A DNA stretch of 64,000 bases. It comes from a virus. The notes below the pieces were generated by a model, which was not told the origin of the DNA, searched no databases, and worked only from the letters and a program-made list of their open reading frames with translations. The position numbers were made by a program, and so were the translations under genes. The stretch spans positions 1 through 64,000 of the IMG/VR virus record IMGVR_UViG_3300033145_000788. One strand, 5' to 3'. This document shows positions 19,741 to 28,292 of the stretch, one piece after another (the first letter of the stretch is position 1; each line of letters opens with the position of its first letter).

Positions 19741-21273
19741 ATGACCGGAATCCAGATTAAAGGCTCTAAAATAGACGCAGACCGGGAGAAGCAGATGCTC
19801 ATCTGCGCCGTGGTTGACTCCCGGTTTCTAAGGGAGGTATCCTTGTTCCTTAAGCCGGAGCATTTTCAGGTTGCCTATGCCAGCCGGGTGTATTCCTGGA
19901 TACTGGATTACTTTAAGCGATACGACCAGGCCCCCGGAAGCCAGATCCAAGACCTGTACGAAATGAACAAACAGAAACTGGATGAGGCGGAGGGGGAACT
20001 GGTGGCCTCATTCCTTCTTGATTTGAGTGAGAGGTATGAGGACGAGGGTATTAATTCCGATTATCATCTGGACCGGGCCTTGGAGTACGCTAAGACGAGG
20101 GAGATAACCTTGATAGCGGACGAAGCCAAGGCACTCGTCTCCAGGGGCCAGATTGACGAGGCGGAGCGGCTGGTTACTGGATATCGCCAGGCGGCCAGGG
20201 CCACCTCGTCGTGGGTCAATCCTCATGATCCTGAGTTTGTGAGATCGGCGTTTGAGAGGATCACCGGTGACGAGCTTATCCGGTTTCCTGGGATGCTCGG
20301 CCGACTCCTCGGTCCGTTCTGCCGCCATTGGATGATAGCGTTTCAAGGACCGGCTAAAAGGGGAAAGACGTGGTGGGTTCAGGAGGTCAGGACATTGGCC
20401 CTAATGAACCGGCTGAAGGTGGTGGAGATAAATTTGGAGATGACGAGGGAGCAGTTGGCGGTCAGGTATTACAAGAGGATAACGGGTTTGGCGGATGAGA
20501 CCGGGGATTATCTTTACCCCGTATTCGATTGTCTTAAGAACCAGAATGATTCTTGTCAGAAGCCGGAGCGGGAATGCCGGATTGGGCTTTTGGGAGAAGA
20601 TGGATATCAACCGAAGTACGAGGATCAACCGGAAGGATATGCTCCCTGTGTCAAGTGCCGGGGGTCAAGAGACTATCTATCGGCGACTTGGTGGCAGACG
20701 GTTCACAAGGCAGGGTTGGATGTAGGAGGTATCATCCGAGGCGTCGAATCATTTGGCTTGATGTATGGTCAGGATAACTATCGCATTCAATGTTATCCAA
20801 GAGGAAGTGCGACGGTTGGGAATATAGAAAGGGATTTGGATATGCTGGAATATACTGATGAATTTATCCCGGATGTGATAATCGTGGATTATGCCGATAT
20901 TATCAAGGCGGAATCAAACAAGGATGAACACAGGCATAAGATAGATGAGATCTGGAAAAGGTTGGATGGGATGGCCCAGGAGAGACATGTTCTTATGGTG
21001 ACGGCCACTCACGCAAATTGGAGGCGGGTCGAGGGAAAAAGGATTCAATCTGCGGTTGATGTATCAGAGGATACCCGGAAGGCAAATCATCTGGATATGC
21101 TCGTGATGCTTGATCAACAGGACTGGGAATTGGAGAAAGGGATAATGCGGCTCGGGGTCGGGCTTCACCGTCATCGGGAGTTCAATCCGGGGGTCCGGGT
21201 CCAAGTGCTCCAACATTTCAAGACCGGTCAGCCGTTTTTGGACAGCGAATACGAAAGGAGAAAGGAGGAATGA
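19741..21273 (+). CDS. DnaB-like replicative helicase with Cys-rich insertion
   Basis: N-terminal DnaB-like domain, Walker A GPAKRGKT, NLEM, IIVDYAD; insertion DCLKN..SC..EC..PCVKC. Confidence 0.88.
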   Translation: MTGIQIKGSKIDADREKQMLICAVVDSRFLREVSLFLKPEHFQVAYASRVYSWILDYFKRYDQAPGSQIQDLYEMNKQKLDEAEGELVASFLLDLSERYEDEGINSDYHLDRALEYAKTREITLIADEAKALVSRGQIDEAERLVTGYRQAARATSSWVNPHDPEFVRSAFERITGDELIRFPGMLGRLLGPFCRHWMIAFQGPAKRGKTWWVQEVRTLALMNRLKVVEINLEMTREQLAVRYYKRITGLADETGDYLYPVFDCLKNQNDSCQKPERECRIGLLGEDGYQPKYEDQPEGYAPCVKCRGSRDYLSATWWQTVHKAGLDVGGIIRGVESFGLMYGQDNYRIQCYPRGSATVGNIERDLDMLEYTDEFIPDVIIVDYADIIKAESNKDEHRHKIDEIWKRLDGMAQERHVLMVTATHANWRRVEGKRIQSAVDVSEDTRKANHLDMLVMLDQQDWELEKGIMRLGVGLHRHREFNPGVRVQVLQHFKTGQPFLDSEYERRKEE

Positions 21274-21979
21274 AAGATGGGTAAAGCTGATGGAATTATC
21301 TAGTTGATTTCAATAATGTGTTTGAGGAGCAAAGGAAGAGGCAAGAAAAGGAAAGAAAGGAATTTAACGAAAATCTCCGGGAACCAGATTGTTTTGAGTC
21401 GGGGATGTAAGGGCAGGAGGGGTTTGGCATAGGATATTGGAGGGTTGATGATGGAGTCGTTAAAATGAGGAAGTTTGCTAATGGATATCACAAAGAGACC
21501 TATGAATTTATTTTTGATGAAATCCTTGCCTGGATTAATTTTGAACCGAAGGATATTATGGAAGGGGAAATGAAAAATGAAAGTGTTTAAAGGACCGGAC
21601 GGAAATTATTTTTATGGATTGAAGGAACGAGATCAGTATGAGAAAGTTTGGCGAGAGGTTGCTGAACCGCTTGAGGAATGTCTTGGATTGGAATTGATGG
21701 GGTTTGATCCTGATTATCTTTTTTATTGTCCAATGAAAAAGGTCTCGATTAATCTTCCAACATGGTTTGTAGAATTACTTGGGGAGGTTCTTATTTATAA
21801 GGAGAACCGGGAAGAATCTACTTTGGAGAAAGACGCAAGGCCAGGATGGATATGGGATAAGGAGAAGGAAATCTGGATTGGGTTTGAAGATATTCCAACT
21901 CAGAAAGAGCTTTTGAAGAATTCGAGTTGGGGACAGATGTTATTTAAAGATGAAAATTGGGAGGAGATAACAATAAAAC

Positions 21980-22216
21980 ATGACTGATTTCCTATGCCAA
22001 GCCGCCATAATCGTATTCGGGGGAGCCGGGATATGGTTGGTGAACCGGAGAATCCCGTCCCGATGGGGGCCGGTGTTTGGCCTTCTGAGCCAGCCGTTCT
22101 TTATATACGTGACATGGAGGGCCGGACAGTGGGGGATGCTTTTGTTGTCCTTTTGGTGGACGGTGGCCTGGGTCAGGGGGGTTTGGAATAACTGGATACG
22201 AAAGGAGGTGAAATGA
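21980..22216 (+). CDS. Small 3-TM membrane protein (PnuC-like half domain)
   Basis: RWGPVFGLLSQPFFIY..AGQWGM. Confidence 0.6.
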   Translation: MTDFLCQAAIIVFGGAGIWLVNRRIPSRWGPVFGLLSQPFFIYVTWRAGQWGMLLLSFWWTVAWVRGVWNNWIRKEVK

Positions 22217-22756
22217 GATGAAGATTAAACGGTGGGAAGCAGAGGCAACAGGTTATGCCAGTGGATATTTTCGTTTTTTTTTGGTTCAAACGGAATGCGC
22301 TTAAATGGTTAGGGTGGCAACATGAAGATATGTTAATTTTGACAGATAGATGGAGAGGAGTACGGACAGTTCTGCGTGATAGGTTGACGGGTGCTCAAAT
22401 CATTGAATCTACGACCGGGGGTGGAGTGGAAATTAGATATAAGGAGGCGTGATAAAATGAAGCTAAGAGAGAAGAAAACTAAAAAGGATTGTTTCTCAAG
22501 CAATTTTAATATTCATAGTCTAAATGAAATTATCGTGGGGTGGCCGGATGGTAATAGGGATTCGGATTATATATCTAATTATGATGTCTGGATTGAGGCT
22601 CTTAGTGAATGGAAAGATATGCGGCGGGCCTTTAGGGACAAAGATATTATCACGAATAATTATAATGATTTTTTCTTTGAACCAAGGAATAAAGAGGACC
22701 GGGAGAGAGGTTTTACTTTATAGATGGATAAGAAAGGAGGTGAAATGAGATGAAGA
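22193..22756 (+). repeat. 32-bp direct repeat (22193-22224 and 22725-22756) bracketing two small genes
   Basis: TGGATA(C/A)GAAAGGAGGTGAAATGAGATGAAGA, 1 mismatch. Confidence 0.85.
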
Positions 22757-22952
22757 GGAATTGTGAATTTTTAATCAGAGGTGAATATTGTGCCTCCGCA
22801 ACACACCTTATGGGTGTAGGGTCTCCTGAACTTACACCTGAGGACGATATGTGTAAATATGGAGAGGATGAGAATGTGTGCCCTCACTATAAGAGGAAAG
22901 AAGGAAGTCAAAACAAATATAAGGTTAAATATAAGGGCATAAGGTTAGGCTA

Positions 22953-23846
22953 ATGTTATCCTTCGACCTAAAAACCTATCTCGACGACCGGGGAATCCGG
23001 TACTGGGAGAAGGGCAAGAATGTCAAGAAGGGGAACGTTAACGTGAACTGCCCGTTCTGCCCGGACGGGTCGAATCACATGACGGTCTATCCGAGTGGGT
23101 TTATGAAGTGCTGGATATGCGGGTTCAAGGGTCATGTGGCCAAGTTGGTGATGGCCATGGAGAAATGCTCCGGGACCGAGGCGGAATCCCTGATGCGGCA
23201 GTACCCGCTGGCGGGGGAACCGCCGGTCTCAATGGAGGCCGTTCAAAAAAGCGATTTCAGGATGCCGAAGGAATTCACTGACGAACTACCTAATATTCAC
23301 AGGAGATATTTGGAAGGCAGGAATTTCGACCCCGCCCGGCTCCAGGCCGATTACGGGCTCATGGCGTGCGGGAACCGGGGGCCGTACAAGTTCAGGATTG
23401 TCGCTCCGGTGGTGATGGGCGGCCGGACGGTCAGCTTCCAGACGAGGGATGTGACCGGGAGGCAGACCCCGAAGTATAGGATGTGCCCGGACGAGGATGC
23501 CCTGGTGCCGAGGAGGGAGGTGCTGTATAATCTGGATTCGGCCGGCGATACGGCGGTGATAGTCGAGGGGATAACGGATGTTTGGAGGGGCGGAGCTGGA
23601 TTTGTGGCTACCCTGACCGCCGGGATGACTTTTGGACAGGCTCTAGCCTTGCAGAGGAAAGGCGTGAAACGGGTGTTCATCTTCTATGATGAGGGGGCGG
23701 AGGACCGGGCCGAGGAGGTGGAGTGCCTGTTGCCTTGGGCCGAGGTCTTTTTCGTGGGCCAGCCGGACGAGTATCTCGACCCGGCTGAGATGCCGGAAAA
23801 AGAAATTTCGGATTTGCGGAAAATAATCTTTAAAAACGAAGGATAG
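22953..23846 (+). CDS. DNA primase (zinc finger + TOPRIM)
   Basis: CPFC..H..CWIC zinc finger, VEGITD, YDE, DP motifs. Confidence 0.88.
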   Translation: MLSFDLKTYLDDRGIRYWEKGKNVKKGNVNVNCPFCPDGSNHMTVYPSGFMKCWICGFKGHVAKLVMAMEKCSGTEAESLMRQYPLAGEPPVSMEAVQKSDFRMPKEFTDELPNIHRRYLEGRNFDPARLQADYGLMACGNRGPYKFRIVAPVVMGGRTVSFQTRDVTGRQTPKYRMCPDEDALVPRREVLYNLDSAGDTAVIVEGITDVWRGGAGFVATLTAGMTFGQALALQRKGVKRVFIFYDEGAEDRAEEVECLLPWAEVFFVGQPDEYLDPAEMPEKEISDLRKIIFKNEG

Positions 23847-23857
23847 TATTATATAAT
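23829..23857 (+). promoter_or_regulatory. Promoter TTTAAA-N17-TATAAT
   Basis: Recurring class. Confidence 0.7.
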
Positions 23858-23893
23858 AGGGTAAATGGAAAATCTTAGGGAAGGAGAAAAGAG

Positions 23894-24472
23894 ATGAAAG
23901 ACGTGATGGAGAAGGAACTGATGGAGGCGGTTGAGGCTTTCAACGGGACGGATTATGCGAAGGATAGTGGGATTGAAATCGGTGAGAAGGATTTCGATAC
24001 GCTCAGCGTGACATTCGTCGAAGCGGTCAACGGGATCGTGGTGGAGGATGAAGATGAGCTGGAGAAGAATCTTCCCGAGATCGTCCAGAGGGTCTTTATG
24101 GGATTGGTGGAACCTGGGGAACCAGAAGACGATGGAGTCGTTGAGGAATCTGAACCGGAAAAATCGGGAGAAGGGATTGCCGAGGAGCCGAAAACAGAGA
24201 AATCGAAGCCAGAATCAAAGAAAAAGATTAAAGCTAAATCAAAAAATGCTCCAAAGAAGATAGAGAAAGGAGAGAAGAAAAGCTATCCAGAAGTCTTTGT
24301 GGATTTGATGAAGGGCGGGGGCGGGACGAAAAAAGAGTTAATAGAAAGAATGAATGAGAGAAGCAAAGGGTCTCCGACTTATGCTAAATATGTTGTTGGA
24401 ATTTTTATTACTCTTCTATTGGGTTTAGGATATGCAGAAAAAGATGAACAAGGAATTGTAAAATTAGTATAG
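23894..24472 (+). CDS. Hypothetical protein, acidic N-terminus and basic C-terminus
   Basis: SD AAGGAG, 192 aa. Confidence 0.7.
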   Translation: MKDVMEKELMEAVEAFNGTDYAKDSGIEIGEKDFDTLSVTFVEAVNGIVVEDEDELEKNLPEIVQRVFMGLVEPGEPEDDGVVEESEPEKSGEGIAEEPKTEKSKPESKKKIKAKSKNAPKKIEKGEKKSYPEVFVDLMKGGGGTKKELIERMNERSKGSPTYAKYVVGIFITLLLGLGYAEKDEQGIVKLV

Positions 24473-24476
24473 TTTA

Positions 24477-25187
24477 ATGCCCCTTCCTAAGTCATATTAC
24501 CAGGACGGTGAAGCCGGGATAACGATATATCATGGCGATTGCCTTGAGATAATGGCCGAATTGGAGCCGGTTGATTTAGTGTTGACCGATCCGCCATATG
24601 GGAATAATACGGAATATATTTCATATCAAGATTCACCTGAAAATTTAAAGGAATTAATCTCAAGTATTTTTCCGATAATGAGAGAACAAACTTCAAGAAT
24701 GCTTTTGACAAGTGGAGTTTTAAATATGTTTCTTTATCCATCCCCGAATTGGATTTTGGGGTGGTTTCATGGTGGTGGAACTGCAAGTGGACCGTGGGGA
24801 TTTGCTAATTGGCAACCGATACTTGCTTATGGGGCTTGTCCTTATATGGCTAAGGGATTGGGGAGAAGACCCGATGCTTTATTTTTAACCGAGAAAGTTG
24901 AGAAATTTGGACATCCTTGCACTAAGCCGATTGGTTTTTGGCGGTGGTTATTATTAAGAGGAAGTGCGTTAAGAGAAGATATTATTCTCGATCCTTTTAT
25001 GGGTTCAGGAACCACCTTGGTAGCCGCTCGACAGCTAGGCCGCCGAGCTATAGGTATTGAAATAGAGGAAAAATATTGTGAGATAGCGGTGAAAAGATTA
25101 AAGAATCTAAAACGAGGATTTGGATTGAATCTTCCCGAAAAGAAAAAACCAAAAAGAAAAGGACTATTACATAAGGAGAAACCATGA
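24477..25187 (+). CDS. DNA N4-cytosine/N6-adenine methyltransferase (beta class)
   Basis: DPPYG, HPCTKP, DPFMGSGTT, GIEIEEKYC. Confidence 0.93.
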   Translation: MPLPKSYYQDGEAGITIYHGDCLEIMAELEPVDLVLTDPPYGNNTEYISYQDSPENLKELISSIFPIMREQTSRMLLTSGVLNMFLYPSPNWILGWFHGGGTASGPWGFANWQPILAYGACPYMAKGLGRRPDALFLTEKVEKFGHPCTKPIGFWRWLLLRGSALREDIILDPFMGSGTTLVAARQLGRRAIGIEIEEKYCEIAVKRLKNLKRGFGLNLPEKKKPKRKGLLHKEKP

Positions 25188-26245
25188 AGAGAGAGGAATT
25201 TTTGGATGCGTTGAGGACGGTCGTGAACGCCACCACGGACAAGGACGATGTCCTTACGGGGACGGATTCGTTTGTTTTCGATGGCAAGTTCGTTAGAACG
25301 TATAACAATCAGATGGCCTTCAGTTATCCCCTGGATACTGGATTGTCTTGCTCCGTGAAGGCCAGGGAGACACTGAAGATCGTCGAGAAGATGCAAGGGG
25401 ATGCCTTGAGCCTGAAACAGGAGAAGGAGACCCTGATAATCGAGGACGACAGGACGGTCCTGAAGATGCGGTTGGAAGAGGGGACGGATGATATCCTCGG
25501 GGCGCTGTCGGGATTGGAATTGGATGCCCTGAAGTGGAAGACGCTGCCGAAGGATTTCTTTGAGGGCTTGAGCCTGTGCTCGTTCGCCATGTCCGCCGAT
25601 CCGGTTATGGCCTATATCAATGGGGTGGCCGTGACCGGCGGGGCGGTATGGGCGTCCGATAACTACCGGATAAGCAGATATATGTTTGAGAAGGTTTTCA
25701 AGGGTGAGTTTTCCCTGCCGAAGGAGGCAGTCTTTGTCCTTCTGAAGTTGGCCGAGAAGCCGAAGGAATATGCCGCCGGGAATGGATGGGTGAACTTCCG
25801 GACTCCGACCGGGGTCGTCTTCAGTTCCAATGAGCTGTATGAGCCGTTTCCAATTGAGAGGGTGGGGGAAATATTGTCCGAGAGTGAGAGCGAGGAGGGG
25901 AAGGCTTACAAGTTCCCCGAAAGGATGGACAGAAGCCTCGCTATGGTGAAGCCGTTTAGCGAGGAGGATGACCGGCTGGCGGTCCCCAACGTGGTCATTC
26001 GGCGGCGGGCCGGGCGGCTGGAGGTCCACAGCGAGCGGGAGTTCGGCGAGGTGAGCGATTTCGTCGAATTTGAGGGTGAGATGTTTGGGGAGGACATCAG
26101 CCTGCGGGTCTCGCCTGACCATTTACGCTCGATGCTCGCCGTGAACCGGGAGTTCAGGATCGTGGGTGAGGAGATGGTCTTGTTCTTATCACCGCAATTT
26201 GTTCACCTGATGACGGTCTATGTTGAGGAGGAGGGTAAGAAATGA
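25184..26245 (+). CDS. Sliding clamp (DnaN-like), divergent copy 1
   Basis: 353 aa; INGVAV..AVWASDNYRI matches LNGV..ATDGHRL of beta clamp. Confidence 0.7.
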   Translation: MKREEFLDALRTVVNATTDKDDVLTGTDSFVFDGKFVRTYNNQMAFSYPLDTGLSCSVKARETLKIVEKMQGDALSLKQEKETLIIEDDRTVLKMRLEEGTDDILGALSGLELDALKWKTLPKDFFEGLSLCSFAMSADPVMAYINGVAVTGGAVWASDNYRISRYMFEKVFKGEFSLPKEAVFVLLKLAEKPKEYAAGNGWVNFRTPTGVVFSSNELYEPFPIERVGEILSESESEEGKAYKFPERMDRSLAMVKPFSEEDDRLAVPNVVIRRRAGRLEVHSEREFGEVSDFVEFEGEMFGEDISLRVSPDHLRSMLAVNREFRIVGEEMVLFLSPQFVHLMTVYVEEEGKK

Positions 26246-27336
26246 AAAAAGGATTGGGGTTGAAGGAGAATCATGAGGGTCTTGATGCCCGTGATTTTGA
26301 CGGTGTCCTGCGGTTCTGCAAGAAGGTCGTATACAAGAGCTTCTCGATGCCGATATTGATGACCGTGAACGTAATGATAGGCAAATCGGGAATGACGATC
26401 CGGGCGACCGACTTGGAGGTATCCTACCGGGTTGAATTGCCTTGTGAGGGGATGGAGAAGGGTGAGATCTGCGTCCCCCTGGATTTGCTTGTGAAGGTCG
26501 TCGCTAACTCGAAGCGGAAGAAGCGGCCCGTTTTCTGCGAGATTCTGGAAGGGGACAAGTTCAGGGTCAACGGGAGTTTTGAGATTCAGGGGATGCCGCC
26601 GGACGACTTCCCGCTGGAGCCGGAATCGCCGGATGAATTCCAGGAGATTAATCTTGATAATCTGAGATATCTGAGGAACGGGATGACATCGGATGAGACT
26701 ACTCGGTATAATCTGGCCGGGGTTTATCTTGATTTTAAGAAAAAGAGGATGGTGGCGACTGATGGGAATTCAATGTATTTTTCTGATATGGATTTGGACA
26801 TAGGTGAGAATCTTCTTATTTCTTCGAGCGCAGTCAATCTGATTGCGGAACGATTTTTATCTGGGGGGAAGATAGAAATTGGGGAAAAGAATGATCATAT
26901 ATTTTTCAGGAAGGGGAATGAACTGCTGATTTCCCGTTCCCCGGATTTTCGCTATCCCGATTATTCTTTAGTAATCCCCAACAAATTTGAATCTCGATTG
27001 AAGGTGAATAACTCTAATTTGGGAGAAGTAATTAAAGAAGCATCTATCGCCTGCGATATGAGATGGCCCGCAATGCGAATGGACATTGACAAGGACAATT
27101 TTAAGATTTTGTCTAGCGCAGAAGATTTGGATTATGAGAAAGTAGTGGAATTTCCCTTTGATTATGAAGGTCCTGAGATTTCCATTGGAATGAATTGCAA
27201 TTATCTGCTGACGATCCTGCAATCATTTTCTGATGATTCCGAATTGATTGTGGATTTCACAAATGAGAAGGGGCCATTTATGGTAAAAGGAGATACCAAA
27301 GGGCTTTCTGTAATCTTGATGCCGATGAAAGTATAA
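26242..27336 (+). CDS. dnaN: DNA polymerase III beta sliding clamp, copy 2
   Basis: MPIL, ATDLE, DDFP, RYNLAGVY, VATDG, YPDY, N.NYL, ILMPM. Confidence 0.88.
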   Translation: MKKGLGLKENHEGLDARDFDGVLRFCKKVVYKSFSMPILMTVNVMIGKSGMTIRATDLEVSYRVELPCEGMEKGEICVPLDLLVKVVANSKRKKRPVFCEILEGDKFRVNGSFEIQGMPPDDFPLEPESPDEFQEINLDNLRYLRNGMTSDETTRYNLAGVYLDFKKKRMVATDGNSMYFSDMDLDIGENLLISSSAVNLIAERFLSGGKIEIGEKNDHIFFRKGNELLISRSPDFRYPDYSLVIPNKFESRLKVNNSNLGEVIKEASIACDMRWPAMRMDIDKDNFKILSSAEDLDYEKVVEFPFDYEGPEISIGMNCNYLLTILQSFSDDSELIVDFTNEKGPFMVKGDTKGLSVILMPMKV

Positions 27337-28292
27337 TGTCCCTCGACCTGAAGTATAGGCCGCAGGATTTGGATGAGTTTTATGGCTCTGATTCCCTCAT
27401 TTTCGCAGTTGAGGAATATCTGAATGATGAGAATCGGAAGCATGCTATTCTCCTTCACGGTCCGAGCGGATGCGGGAAGACCACGCTCGGAAGGATAATC
27501 ACTACGGGATTGGGATGCACCATTTTAGCCCCGCCGAATTTCCTTGAATTCGATCTGACGATAGCTCGTGGGATAAAGGACGCCAAGGAAAAGATAGTCT
27601 ATTCTTGTCGGTATGCACCACTTACGAAGAAAGGCGTGAAACGGGTCAAGGTATATCTCCTCGACGAGGCGCACCAGTTGACCAAGGATGGGGCTTCGGC
27701 GCTCCTGAAGACGATAGAGGAGCCGCCGCCGTTCGTGTATTTCATTTTCTGTACGACCGAGCCGGAGAAGTTGCTGGAAACCATCAGGACCCGGTGCACG
27801 AAGTTCCGGGTGGACAGGCTCGATTCCAAGGATATGACCGCTTTGGTTTCTGATATTGCTGGGGCCGAGGGGATAGTGCTTCCGTCCAAGGTCTTGAGGA
27901 AGCTGGTCTCTGTGAGCGAGGGTTGTCCGAGGGACGCCCTGAATTACCTGGGGCAGGTGCGGAATTTGGATGAGGAAGTCGCCCTTGACATCCTGTCCGG
28001 CGGTATCCAGGAGCCGGAGATAATTGAACTGTGCCGGATACTGGCGGACCGCAAGCCAGGGGACAAGTGGGCGAAGATCCAGCCGAAGCTCCAGGCTCTG
28101 AATGCTGATCCGGAGAAGGCCCGGCTGGCGGTTTACGGCTACTTTGCGAGCTGGGTGGCCAGGGAGCAGAAGGCCGGGGCCGCTGCGTATCCTGCTTTGA
28201 TAGCGACCTATTTCTCCGAACCATTTTATCATAGCGGGAAGAATGATTTGATCTTGGCGTTCTATCAGATATGTCGGGAGGTGGACGGGTGA
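27336..28292 (+). CDS. dnaX: Clamp loader, Pol III gamma/tau-like AAA+ ATPase
   Basis: KYRP, GPSGCGKTT, LDEAH, LLKTIEEPP, TIRTRC, GCPRDAL. Confidence 0.92.
   Translation: MSLDLKYRPQDLDEFYGSDSLIFAVEEYLNDENRKHAILLHGPSGCGKTTLGRIITTGLGCTILAPPNFLEFDLTIARGIKDAKEKIVYSCRYAPLTKKGVKRVKVYLLDEAHQLTKDGASALLKTIEEPPPFVYFIFCTTEPEKLLETIRTRCTKFRVDRLDSKDMTALVSDIAGAEGIVLPSKVLRKLVSVSEGCPRDALNYLGQVRNLDEEVALDILSGGIQEPEIIELCRILADRKPGDKWAKIQPKLQALNADPEKARLAVYGYFASWVAREQKAGAAAYPALIATYFSEPFYHSGKNDLILAFYQICREVDG

Noticed and set aside
21270-21575. Possible gene between DnaB and 21577
   Set aside because: Coding-like composition but stops in all frames; at most a decayed remnant.
23781-23798. Self-target of R unit 38940 (predicted CGGTCGGAGATGCCGGAA) in the primase gene; similar hit at 45142-45159
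   Set aside because: Only 15/18 matches at unrelated sites, consistent with chance. An exhaustive self-target search was not possible by eye.
24842-28232. Long minus-strand ORFs (24842-26122, 27525-28232; also 17420-18100)
   Set aside because: Shadow ORFs of GC-rich plus-strand genes with no motifs or RBS.
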